From contig CAZMJQ010000484.1 in assembly GCA_964566475.1 (NCBI GenBank), forward strand, positions 1-32,720: a DNA stretch of 32,720 bases. The letters are read 5' to 3'. The notes beneath the pieces are model-generated. The model made no database searches and was not told where the DNA came from. It worked only from the letters and a program-made list of their open reading frames with translations. A program made the translations under genes and the position numbers. This DNA comes from an uncultured Propylenella sp. (GTDB taxonomy: Bacteria; Pseudomonadota; Alphaproteobacteria; Rhizobiales; Afifellaceae). Shown here one piece after another: positions 23,536 to 32,122 of this stretch; the first letter of the stretch is position 1, and every line of letters starts with the position of its first letter.

Positions 23536-25784
23536 GCGTCGGACCGTACATCAAGACGACCGCAGGAAGCGATCCGCTCGCGGCCTCCAGGTCGGCGTGG
23601 AAGAACGGCCGGATGCAGCATGATGCCGACTCCCATGCGGCGGGTGGACGCTTCGCCGAGATGATGTTCGGCGCGGAGAAGGCAAGGGTTGACGGCGCGC
23701 GGCCGGGCGATGGTGGCGCGTCATCGCGCGCCATGCCTGGCGAGGCGGCCCCCGTCGGTGCTGTCGGGCGACCGGACGCGTCCGTGTCGGACAGCGCCCC
23801 TGCACAGGCTGCGAGCCACTCAGGCGAAGAGCCGCCGCCGGCGCCGCGCGGGTGGGGCACGGCCTCGCTCGCCCGCGCGGCGCACGAACGCGGGACGTGG
23901 CCGACCTGGAATGCGCCGCAGGGAACGCGCGATGACCCGACGAATGGGTCATTCGCGGACGCACCCTCCGATGCGCCGGATGTCCTGCCTCGGTTGGGCG
24001 TGAGGATGGAGAGCAGGGCGAACGCCGACAAAAGCGGCGCCGCGGCGACGTTGCCCGGCATCGCGGGTGAGGGTCAGGCTCCCACCGGAGTCATGGCGGC
24101 GTCTGAATCGCAGCTCGCGCTGCCTGGCTTTCCGTCCGGCAGTGCGCTGGATGAGGCGACGGCCGCTCGCGGGGTCGGCGCCCAGGGCGGCGGCACAGTC
24201 GTGGCGCCCGACGAGGGCGGTGCGGAGGATGCGCCGGTCGCTGTGCCGCAAGGCGTGGATCAACGTCCGGGTGCGCCCTCGCTTCACCCCGCCGCCGAGG
24301 GCGAGTCGTCGCCGGTCGCGGAAACGCCGCGTGCCGCGCCCGCCACGTGGCAGCCGTCCGCCGACCCCGTGATCGCCGCCGCTCCGGTAGCGGCCGACCA
24401 CGCGCCCGCCTCACGGGACGCCGACCGTGCAGCGGTCCCAGCGGAAGTCAATCGCTCGCCGGCCCCAGCGATCGCCGATCGCGTGCTGATCTCTCCAAAC
24501 GTCGATCGCGTGCCGGTTCTGCACGGCAATGCGGCGCTGGACGCACCGAGGGCGACCGGGCATGCAGGGCAGTCGCCGGGCCCGGCGCCCGCGGCCGCCA
24601 CATCCAGGCGAGCTCAGCAGCACGCCGGCGTCGCCGATGCGTTGCCGCGGCCGGCAGCGGGCATCGCGCGCGGTTCCTCGACGCCCGCTTCGCCGCCCAC
24701 GCCCGGGGCTCCTCATGCGCCAGCCGCGCCGGCCACGACGCAGGCGCCGGGGCCCGCGGTTCGCGCTTCCTCAGCGCGGCAGGAGGCCGTGCCCGAAACG
24801 GCGGAGCAGTCCCCGGCTGGTCCGCGCAGCGCTTTGACTGCGTCGGCCATGCCCAGGCGCGCGCCTGCCGCCGCCGCGCCCATGGCCGCGCCTGCCGCTG
24901 CCGCGCCTCCAGCGGTGCCTGCCGTCGACACGCCCATGGCCGCGCCTGCCGCTCCGGGGGCGCGTGCCGCAAGCCCCGAAACGACTCTTGCTGCCCGCGC
25001 GCCGGCAGATGCTGGCGCCGTCCCGGTGTCGGCGGTGCTGGAAAGGCACCTGCCGCCCGCCGTGGCGGAGCCGAGGCGTTACGACCCCAGCGGGCCTGGC
25101 GATGATTCGAACGCCGCAAAGGCCTCCGCCGAAGCTCCCGCGGAGGGAGACGGCGATGCCGCTCAGCGGCTGCGCGGTGCGCCCGAGACACCGATCGTCC
25201 GCGAGGCGGGGCGGCCAGTACCGGATCTCCCGATCATGATTCCGGCGCGGCAGATCGCGGCGGCGATTGCGCAGGAGATCGGCCGGCCGCAGTCCGCGCC
25301 GCAGTCCGCCCAGGCGGATCCCTTCGCGCCGCCGCCCGCGACGGGCCGTGAGCCGGTCAGGATACTAAAGGTGGCGCTGGAGCCGGTCGAGCTCGGACGC
25401 GTGACCATCCAGCTTCGCACGGAAGGAAGCGCGGTCCATCTCGCCGTGACGGCGGAGCGGGCAGAGACGCATGCGCTTCTCAGCCGCGATCGTCATGCGC
25501 TTTCGCGCATTCTCGAATCGAGCGGCTTCGACGTCAAGCAGGTCACGATCCAGTTCGGCAGCCTGGACCGCGCTTCCCCCGGCCTCCAGCCGGACGCGGC
25601 GACGCAATCGACCGCCCAGCAATCGACGCCGCAGCAATCCGCGCCGCAGAACGCCTTCGGCGCGGGAGCCGGCGAGCGGCAGCACGCGCAGCGCTCCGGC
25701 GGACAGGGCCATGCGGAGAGGCAGGAGAAGCAACGTGACGAGGATCAGGACACTCGCCGCCGCCGCGGCGATCTTTACGTCTAG
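23532..25784 (+). CDS. fliK: Flagellar hook-length control protein FliK (MotD), unusually long and Pro/Ala-rich
   Basis: The C-terminal Flg_hook-like domain is ILKVALEPVELGRVTIQLRTEGSAVHLAVTAERAETHALLSRDRHALSRILESSGFDVKQVTIQ. The TTG at 23532 overlaps the motC stop, and ATG 23613 is an alternative start. Up to 750 aa. Confidence 0.8.
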   Translation: MSVGPYIKTTAGSDPLAASRSAWKNGRMQHDADSHAAGGRFAEMMFGAEKARVDGARPGDGGASSRAMPGEAAPVGAVGRPDASVSDSAPAQAASHSGEEPPPAPRGWGTASLARAAHERGTWPTWNAPQGTRDDPTNGSFADAPSDAPDVLPRLGVRMESRANADKSGAAATLPGIAGEGQAPTGVMAASESQLALPGFPSGSALDEATAARGVGAQGGGTVVAPDEGGAEDAPVAVPQGVDQRPGAPSLHPAAEGESSPVAETPRAAPATWQPSADPVIAAAPVAADHAPASRDADRAAVPAEVNRSPAPAIADRVLISPNVDRVPVLHGNAALDAPRATGHAGQSPGPAPAAATSRRAQQHAGVADALPRPAAGIARGSSTPASPPTPGAPHAPAAPATTQAPGPAVRASSARQEAVPETAEQSPAGPRSALTASAMPRRAPAAAAPMAAPAAAAPPAVPAVDTPMAAPAAPGARAASPETTLAARAPADAGAVPVSAVLERHLPPAVAEPRRYDPSGPGDDSNAAKASAEAPAEGDGDAAQRLRGAPETPIVREAGRPVPDLPIMIPARQIAAAIAQEIGRPQSAPQSAQADPFAPPPATGREPVRILKVALEPVELGRVTIQLRTEGSAVHLAVTAERAETHALLSRDRHALSRILESSGFDVKQVTIQFGSLDRASPGLQPDAATQSTAQQSTPQQSAPQNAFGAGAGERQHAQRSGGQGHAERQEKQRDEDQDTRRRRGDLYV

Positions 25785-26295
25785 CGGCCTGACGGCGGTC
25801 GCCGCCCAGAATGCCTGCGAGCGGGAGATGGTCCGGGCGGCGACGCAGTATGACGTTCCGCTCGGCGTGCTCTATGCCGTCGGACTGACGGAGACGGGAC
25901 GCCGCGGTTCGCTGCAGCCCTTCGCGATGAACGTGGAGGGCAGGGCGCACTATGCGCAGGGGGTCGAGGAGGCGCTCCGAATATTCGGCGATGCCCGCAA
26001 GGCCGGCGCCGTCCTCATCGACGTCGGGTGCATGCAGATCAACCACTACTACCACAGCGATCAGTTCGACTCGGTCGAGCAGATGTTCGATCCGCGCCGC
26101 AACGTCGACTACGCCGCCCTGTTCCTGAAGCGGCTGCGTGCGCGCGAGGGGGACTGGACAATGGCCGTCGCGCGCTACCACGCGGGGCCGAACAACAACC
26201 CGGCGCAGAAGCGCTACGTATGCGCCGTCATCACCAACATGGTGGCGACGGGCTTCGGCTCGTGGACGGCGAACGCCCGCTCGTTCTGCGGGTAG
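25735..26295 (+). CDS. Secreted SLT-domain lytic transglycosylase (flagellar-cluster peptidoglycan hydrolase)
   Basis: GTG 25735 is preceded by AGGAG (25723-25727), and ATG 25711 is an alternative start. The signal peptide RIRTLAAAAAIFTSSGLTAVAAQ is followed by the goose-lysozyme/SLT-like segments LYAVGLTETG, GCMQIN and VARYHAG. The gene overlaps the fliK 3' end by 50 nt. Confidence 0.8.
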   Translation: MTRIRTLAAAAAIFTSSGLTAVAAQNACEREMVRAATQYDVPLGVLYAVGLTETGRRGSLQPFAMNVEGRAHYAQGVEEALRIFGDARKAGAVLIDVGCMQINHYYHSDQFDSVEQMFDPRRNVDYAALFLKRLRAREGDWTMAVARYHAGPNNNPAQKRYVCAVITNMVATGFGSWTANARSFCG

Positions 26296-26399
26296 GGGCC
26301 GGCGCGACAATTTGGCCGGCTGGCGCGGCGCATCGCCCGAACCGCTCGGAGCCGGTGGCTGCGGAGGCCCGGCCAGCTTAGGCGGACAGCCAGCCCCGA

Positions 26400-26680
26400 T
26401 GTGTCAATATTGCTGTCTTTCCAAGCAGAAATATTGGTTAATCGAAGGTTAAGATATTGGATAGGATTTATATCGAAAGCCCCAATCCGCAATATAAATG
26501 CCGCCTCCTGTGACGATAAGACTATATGATGTTGATCTTCTAACTTAACATACGCATCTCATACATTCTATGCGAGATGATTATATTTATACTTAGAGAT
26601 GCGATCTCAATTCCTTTCGAAAATCTTAATACGTAAAGTAAAGTCTTGACCAAACGTGGTTAATATGCCATTTGTGAAGA
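26400..26680. promoter_or_regulatory. AT-rich intergenic island upstream of rem (regulatory hub candidate)
   Basis: Base composition drops sharply relative to the GC-rich flanks. It contains phased ATATTG repeats (26407, 26431, 26454) and the inverted repeat AATATTGCTG/CAGAAATATT (26406-26435). It also contains CGCATCTC (26553-26560), GAGATG (26574-26579) and GAGAT-GCG-ATCTC (26596-26608). No ORF of 60 aa or more is confined to it. Confidence 0.6.
26438..26452. promoter_or_regulatory. Perfect TTAA-N7-TTAA (CtrA-box-type) site
   Basis: TTAA (26438-26441), tcgaagg, TTAA (26449-26452). The site lies ~285 nt upstream of the rem start. Confidence 0.35.
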
Positions 26681-26734
26681 GGGCTGTGAGAGCCGCGCGC
26701 GACGTGCCGCGCGAGGGGAATTGGGGGTTGGATT

Positions 26735-27406
26735 GTGTTCGTCATTGTCGATGACCGGGACGTTGTGACTGAGGGGTTCTCGTCGTGCTTTCAGCGGGAG
26801 GGTGTGTCCTCCGCCGGCTTTTGTCCGAGCGAGTTTCGTGAATGGGTTGCGACGGCGGCCGAGGGCGATCTTTCGGCAGTCGAGGCCTTTCTCATCGGGG
26901 ACTGCCCGGAGCGTGAGACGCTCCCGCGCGTGATCCGTGGCCGCTCCAAGGCGCCGATGATCGCCATGAACGAGCGGCCGGCACTGGAGCAGACGCTGGA
27001 GCTCTTCGCCGCCGGTATCGACGACGTGGTTCGCAAGCCGATCCACGTGCGCGAGATCCTGGCGCGGGTGGGTGCGATCCGCCGCCGTCTCGACAAGGAC
27101 AAGGACCGCGCCACGGTCGGCGAGATGCAGATCTTCGCGGACGGGCGCGACCCGATCGTACGCGGCGAGGTGCTCGCGCTGCCGCGCCGCGAGCGGCGCA
27201 TCCTTGAATACCTCGTCGCCAATCGCGGCAGACGGGTCACCAAGGCGCAGATCTTCAACGCGGTCTACGGCATCTTCGACGAGGACGTGGAGGAGGACGT
27301 GGTGGAGAGCCACATCAGCAAGCTGCGCAAGAAGCTTCGCCACAGACTCGGCTACGATCCGATCGATTCCAAGCGCTATCTCGGCTACTGCCTCGACGAG
27401 ATCTGA
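26735..27406 (+). CDS. rem: OmpR-family winged-helix transcriptional activator Rem (regulator of exponential-growth motility)
   Basis: 223 aa. A receiver-like N-terminus ([10 protein letters not shown]...) is followed by the C-terminal Trans_reg_C segment [53 protein letters not shown]...RYLGYCL. The position between the SLT gene and flgE matches Sinorhizobium and Agrobacterium. Confidence 0.85.
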   Translation: MFVIVDDRDVVTEGFSSCFQREGVSSAGFCPSEFREWVATAAEGDLSAVEAFLIGDCPERETLPRVIRGRSKAPMIAMNERPALEQTLELFAAGIDDVVRKPIHVREILARVGAIRRRLDKDKDRATVGEMQIFADGRDPIVRGEVLALPRRERRILEYLVANRGRRVTKAQIFNAVYGIFDEDVEEDVVESHISKLRKKLRHRLGYDPIDSKRYLGYCLDEI

Positions 27407-27448
27407 GGCGGTGCCTCCGACGCGACGGACACACCGCGCGAGCCAGGA

Positions 27449-27462
27449 CAGCTTCACACAAG
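27449..27462 (+). promoter_or_regulatory. Candidate flagellar promoter/activator box CAGCTTCACACAAG upstream of flgE
   Basis: The box ends 47 nt before the flgE ATG. The 15-mer at 27449-27463 is identical to 11464-11478. Confidence 0.5.
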
Positions 27463-27509
27463 AAAACTCTGGTGTCCTGGCGCGGACATAGTACGGCGGG
27501 AGCAAGTCC

Positions 27510-28769
27510 ATGAGTCTTTACGGCGTTATGCGCACCGGCGTCTCCGGCATGAACGCGCAATCGAACAAGCTGTCCACCGTTGCCGACAACATCGCCAACT
27601 CCAGCACGAACGGCTACAAGCGCGCTTCCACCGAGTTCGCCTCGATGATCCTGCAGTCGGCTACCGACAACTACTCCTCGGGCGGGGTCAACACGCGCGT
27701 CCGCTACAGCGTCAGCGAGCAGGGGAACCTGACCTTCACCAGCTCGGTCACCGACCTCGCGGTCGCCGGGACGGGCTTCATGATCGTCACCGACGGCGAC
27801 GGTACGCCGTTCTACACGCGCGCCGGTTCCTTCGTCCCGGACGGTGACGGCAATCTGGTCAACGCCGCGGGATTCTACCTGATGGGCTTCAACTACGAAG
27901 ACGGCGAGCCGGCTCCGGCGGCAGGCGGCGTTACGGGCCTCTCGGTCGTCAACGTGGCGCAGACCGAGCTGCAGGCGCTGCCTTCGACCGAGGGCAGGTT
28001 CGCGGCCAATCTGCCGTCAAACGCCGACATCGTCGCCGCGGCAGACCTGCCGTCGGCCAACGCCGCGACCGCGCAGTACACCGGCAAGAGCTCGTTCCTG
28101 ACCTACGACTATCTCGGAAACGAGGTCATCCTCGACATCTATCTGTCCAAGACCGCCGCCAACGCTTGGGAGATGGCGGTCTACAATCAGGCCGACGCCG
28201 CGGCGGGCGGAGGGTTCCCCTACGGGAGCGCCGCGCTCGCTGCCGAAACACTGTCCTTCGATCCGACGACGGGCGGGCTGACGGGAGGTAGCCCCACAAC
28301 GCTGTCGTTGACGGTCCCCGATGGAGCGCCGCTGGAGATCGACATCAGCGAAATGATCCAGCTCGCTTCCGACTACCGCATCCTGAACGCTTGGGTCGAC
28401 GGCAATGCGCCGAGCGCGGTCGACAGGATCGAGATCGATTCCGACGGCACGCTGTTTGCCATCTACGAGAGCGGCGCTCGCGTCGCCAAGTACAAGATAC
28501 CGCTCGCCGACGTGCCGAGCCCCGACAACCTGACGCCGCGACCCGGCAACGTCTATTCGCCGGGCACCGCATCGGGGGCGGTTCAGGTCGGCTTCTCCAC
28601 CTCCGGGGGCCTCGGGACGCTTGTCTCCGGCGCTCTTGAGAACTCCACCGTCGACCTCGCTTCCGAGCTCACCTCCATGATCGAGTCGCAGCGGAGCTAC
28701 ACGGCCAACTCCAAGGTCTTCCAGACCGGATCGGAACTCCTCGACGTACTCGTCAACATGAAGCGCTAG
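27510..28769 (+). CDS. flgE: Flagellar hook protein FlgE
   Basis: 419 aa. Motifs are MSLYGVMRTGVSGMNAQSNKLSTVADNIANSSTNGYK and C-terminal LENSTVDLASELTSMIESQRSYTANSKVFQT. Confidence 0.95.
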   Translation: MSLYGVMRTGVSGMNAQSNKLSTVADNIANSSTNGYKRASTEFASMILQSATDNYSSGGVNTRVRYSVSEQGNLTFTSSVTDLAVAGTGFMIVTDGDGTPFYTRAGSFVPDGDGNLVNAAGFYLMGFNYEDGEPAPAAGGVTGLSVVNVAQTELQALPSTEGRFAANLPSNADIVAAADLPSANAATAQYTGKSSFLTYDYLGNEVILDIYLSKTAANAWEMAVYNQADAAAGGGFPYGSAALAAETLSFDPTTGGLTGGSPTTLSLTVPDGAPLEIDISEMIQLASDYRILNAWVDGNAPSAVDRIEIDSDGTLFAIYESGARVAKYKIPLADVPSPDNLTPRPGNVYSPGTASGAVQVGFSTSGGLGTLVSGALENSTVDLASELTSMIESQRSYTANSKVFQTGSELLDVLVNMKR

Positions 28770-28799
28770 CGCAGGGGTGACGATTAAAGTCCGCCTCAG

Positions 28800-30275
28800 A
28801 TGGGCCTGACCGCCGCAATACAGACCGCGCAGAGCGCGCTCCGGACGACGTCGGCGCAGACGGCGGTCACCTCGCGCAACGTCGCGGGCGCCAACGATCC
28901 GAGCTATTCCCGCAAGATCGCGCTCGTCACGACGAGCATGGATGGCGGGGCGCAGACGGTCGCAATCCGGCGCGCCGCGGACAAGGCGCTCCTGGAGAAC
29001 ATGATCGAGGCGACGTCGCGCGCCTCGGCGCAGCAGGCGCTCGGCGACGGGCTGACAATGCTGCAGCAGATCGTCGGCGATCCGGCGGACGACCGCTCGC
29101 CTGCCGCGCTGCTCGGCGCGCTGAACGATTCCATCCAGATATACTCGACGATGCCGAGCGACCTGAGCCTGGCTCAGGGCGTCCTCATGAAGGCCCAGAG
29201 CCTAGCCGGGGCGCTGAACGACGCCACGCGGACGATCGAGGACGTCCGCCGCAACGCCGACAAGGACATAGCCTCCGCCGTCGATGAGCTCAATCGGCTC
29301 CTGGTCGACTTCGAGGCGGCCAACGAGGCCGTCGTGATCGGCACGCATGCGGGCCTCGATATCACGGACGAGCTCGATACGCGCGACAAGATCCTGTCCA
29401 AGGTCTCCGAGCTGATCGGCGTCAGGTCCGTGTCGCGCGGCGCGAACGACGTGGCGCTCTATACCGACAGCGGCGTCACGCTGTTCGACGGCGCGGCGCG
29501 CGCAGTGACCTTCCAGCCGACCCCCGGCATTGCCGCGGGGCTCTCCGGCAACGCGGTCCTCGTCGACGGCGTGCCGGTGACCGGAAGCTCGGCCACCATG
29601 CCGATCACGTCCGGCAAGCTGCGGGGCCTCGCTGCGCTGCGCGACGAGGCAACCGCCACCGTCCAGAGCCAGCTCGACGAGCTGGCGCGCGGCCTGATCG
29701 AGGCCTTTGCCGAGTCCGACCAGAGCGTCCCGGCTGCGCTGCCGGACCGGCCGGGCCTCTTCACCTATCCCGGAGCGCCGGCTATGCCGGGTGCGGCGCT
29801 CGTGCCGGGACTAGCCGGGACAATCGCCGTCAACGCGAACGTGGACCCCGCCAAGGGCGGGAGCCTCGCTCGGCTGCGCGACGGCGGCATCTCGGACCCG
29901 GGCAATCCGGCCTACGTGTACAACCCGACGGGCGCGGCCGGCTTCCCGGACCGGCTGGGCGAGATGCTGGGCGAGCTTCAGGCGAGCCGCGGCTTCGATC
30001 CGGCGGCGGGGCTCGGGAGCGATGCCGCCCTCGGAAGCTTCGCAACCAGTTCGGTCGGATGGCTGGAGGCTGCGCGGCAGCAGGCGGTCGGCAACGCGGA
30101 GTACCACACCACGCTCCTGGTGCGCGCATCCGATGCGCTCTCGCATGCAACCGGCGTCAACCTGGACGACGAGATGAGCCTGCTCCTCGAGCTGGAGAGG
30201 TCGTACCAGGCGTCGGCGAAGCTTCTGGCGAGCGTCGACGCCATGCTCGCAAGCTTCATCGCGGGTATCCGCTGA
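28800..30275 (+). CDS. flgK: Flagellar hook-associated protein 1 FlgK
   Basis: 491 aa. The N-terminus is TAQSALRTTSAQTAVTSRNVAGANDPSYSRK and the C-terminus is DDEMSLLLELERSYQASAKLLASVDAM. Confidence 0.9.
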   Translation: MGLTAAIQTAQSALRTTSAQTAVTSRNVAGANDPSYSRKIALVTTSMDGGAQTVAIRRAADKALLENMIEATSRASAQQALGDGLTMLQQIVGDPADDRSPAALLGALNDSIQIYSTMPSDLSLAQGVLMKAQSLAGALNDATRTIEDVRRNADKDIASAVDELNRLLVDFEAANEAVVIGTHAGLDITDELDTRDKILSKVSELIGVRSVSRGANDVALYTDSGVTLFDGAARAVTFQPTPGIAAGLSGNAVLVDGVPVTGSSATMPITSGKLRGLAALRDEATATVQSQLDELARGLIEAFAESDQSVPAALPDRPGLFTYPGAPAMPGAALVPGLAGTIAVNANVDPAKGGSLARLRDGGISDPGNPAYVYNPTGAAGFPDRLGEMLGELQASRGFDPAAGLGSDAALGSFATSSVGWLEAARQQAVGNAEYHTTLLVRASDALSHATGVNLDDEMSLLLELERSYQASAKLLASVDAMLASFIAGIR

Positions 30276-31318
30276 TGAAGACGACCTACGTCTCGACATT
30301 CGCTATGTCGGCCGCGACGCGGCGCTCGGTCATGGAGATGCAGGCCGATCTGACGGCGCGGCAGAAGGAGCTCTCCACCCAGCGCGTCGCCGATGCGGGG
30401 CTGGCGCTCGGCGCGCATACCGGGCAGGTCGTGGCGCTCCGCCGCGACCATGCGAGTCTGCAGGCGATCATCGACTCCAACGCGACCGTGGCCGGACGGC
30501 TCGATGCGACGCAGGGCGCGCTCACCGGGATCACGGACGGCGCACACCAGTTCCTCGGCGTCCTCATCGACGCGAGGAGCACGCCGGAGAAGGCCAACGT
30601 GACGCTGGCCCGGGCCGAGGAGAAGCTCGCTTCGCTGATCGGCCAGCTCAACGCGACGCATGCCGGGCAGCACCTCTTCGCCGGCATCAACACCGGGGTC
30701 GCGCCGATCGCTGCATATTCCCCCGGCTCGACGCCGAAGCAGGCGGTCGACGACGCGTTCCTGGCGCGCTTCGGCTTTGCCCAGTCGGATCCCGCGGCCT
30801 CGAGCATCTCCGGTGCCGACATGCAGGATTTCCTCGATATCGACTTCGCGGCCCTCTTCGATGATACCGGGTGGCCGGCGAACTGGTCGTCCGCAACAGA
30901 CGGCGCGATCCGGGCGCGCGTGTCCACGGGCGCGACGGTCAGCACCGGCGAGACGGCCAATCACCCGGCGATCCGCAAGCTGACGATGGCCTACACGATG
31001 ATGGCCGACCTCGGCATCACGAACCTCTCGGCGGGCGCCTATGACGCGCTGGTGTCGACCGCGACGGGGCTCGTCGGCGAGTCGATCCAGGAGGTCACGC
31101 ATGCGCAGGCGCGGCTCGGCACGACGCAGGAGACGGTCACTACAGCGTCGGAGCGGATGTCGGTTCAGATGGACGTGCTCGCGAAACACATCAATGCGCT
31201 TGAGGGGGTCGACCCCTACGAGGCCGCCATGCAGGTCACGAGCCTGCTGACGCAGATCGAGACATCTTACGCGATGACGGCGCGGCTGCAGCGGCTGAGC
31301 CTGCTCAATTATCTGTAG
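30275..31318 (+). CDS. flgL: Flagellar hook-associated protein 3 FlgL
   Basis: ATG 30275 overlaps the flgK stop (TGATG). 347 aa with flagellin-like termini (MEMQADLTARQKELSTQRV...; ...LLTQIETSYAMTARLQRLSLLNYL). Confidence 0.8.
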   Translation: MKTTYVSTFAMSAATRRSVMEMQADLTARQKELSTQRVADAGLALGAHTGQVVALRRDHASLQAIIDSNATVAGRLDATQGALTGITDGAHQFLGVLIDARSTPEKANVTLARAEEKLASLIGQLNATHAGQHLFAGINTGVAPIAAYSPGSTPKQAVDDAFLARFGFAQSDPAASSISGADMQDFLDIDFAALFDDTGWPANWSSATDGAIRARVSTGATVSTGETANHPAIRKLTMAYTMMADLGITNLSAGAYDALVSTATGLVGESIQEVTHAQARLGTTQETVTTASERMSVQMDVLAKHINALEGVDPYEAAMQVTSLLTQIETSYAMTARLQRLSLLNYL

Positions 31319-31348
31319 ACCGGATTGCCGGTGAGGTGAGGAAAGAGA

Positions 31349-31696
31349 ATGCACGCGTTTGCCTATGCTGAAGTGGTCGAAGATTCAGGCGCCACCTCCC
31401 GCGAGCGCGACGGGAAGGCGCTCGACGTGGCGATCGAGCTCCTGAGCCGGGCCGAGGCCAAGGGAGCGGGAAGCGTCGAATCGGCGGAAGCGCTCTACTT
31501 TTCCACACGGCTCTGGTCGACCTTCATCGAGGACCTGGGACGGCCGGAGAACGGCCTTGCGCCGGAGTTGCGCGCCGCTCTCATCTCCGTCGGCATCGGG
31601 CTGCTGCGCGAAGCGGAGCGCATCCGCCTTGGCGAGACGGCGAGCTTCGCCCACATGATCGACGTGAGCACGATCATTCGCGAGGGGTTGCGATGA
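31349..31696 (+). CDS. flaF: Flagellin synthesis regulator FlaF
   Basis: 115 aa. The segment ALYFSTRLWSTFIEDL and the position before flbT fit FlaF. The RBS is GAGGTGAGGAAAGAG. Confidence 0.85.
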   Translation: MHAFAYAEVVEDSGATSRERDGKALDVAIELLSRAEAKGAGSVESAEALYFSTRLWSTFIEDLGRPENGLAPELRAALISVGIGLLREAERIRLGETASFAHMIDVSTIIREGLR

Positions 31697-32112
31697 GCGG
31701 ACGGAATGTGCCGATGCGGATTTCGCTCCGGGCCGGCGAACGTGTCTACATCAACGGCGCCGTGCTGCGCGCAAGGGGCAAGACGACCATCGAGCTCCTG
31801 AACGACGCGACCTTTCTTCTGGAAGGGCACGTGCTCCAGCCGGAGAACGCCACCACCCCGCTGAAGCAGCTCTATTTCGCGCTGCAGACGCTTCTGATCG
31901 AGCCTTCGAGCCCGTCGGCGTGGGACGCTTTCAAGCGCATGCATACCGCAACGTGCGACACGTTCTCCACGACGGACATCGTCATGGGATTGAGGAACGT
32001 CGCAAGGCTGGTCGAGGCGGGCCGGACCTTCGAGGCGCTGAAGACCATCCGCGGCCTCTTTGCCGTCGAGGAGCAAATCCTCGGCGCGGTGCACAAGGCC
32101 GAAGCAGCATGA
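31693..32112 (+). CDS. flbT: Flagellin mRNA-binding post-transcriptional regulator FlbT
   Basis: An ATGA overlap with flaF is present. 139 aa, with the N-terminal segment MRISLRAGERVYINGAVLR...IELLNDATFLLEGHVL. Confidence 0.88.
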   Translation: MSGRNVPMRISLRAGERVYINGAVLRARGKTTIELLNDATFLLEGHVLQPENATTPLKQLYFALQTLLIEPSSPSAWDAFKRMHTATCDTFSTTDIVMGLRNVARLVEAGRTFEALKTIRGLFAVEEQILGAVHKAEAA

Positions 32113-32122
32113 GGAGCATGTC

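Noticed and set aside
26214-26492. 92-aa minus-strand ORF reaching into the AT-rich island
   Set aside because: Most of it is antisense to the SLT gene 3' end. It has no RBS or motif, and the AT-rich part reads as low-complexity peptide.
26646-26666. TTGACC (26646-26651) and TAATAT (26661-26666) as a sigma-70 promoter for rem
   Set aside because: The spacer is only 9 nt, far from the 16-18 nt needed. There is no convincing -10 element at the right distance.
26660-27511. 283-aa minus-strand ORF covering rem
   Set aside because: It is antisense to the well-supported OmpR-type rem CDS and has no recognisable domain.
29978-31354. 458-aa minus-strand ORF
   Set aside because: It is antisense to flgK and flgL, Arg-rich, and a shadow frame.
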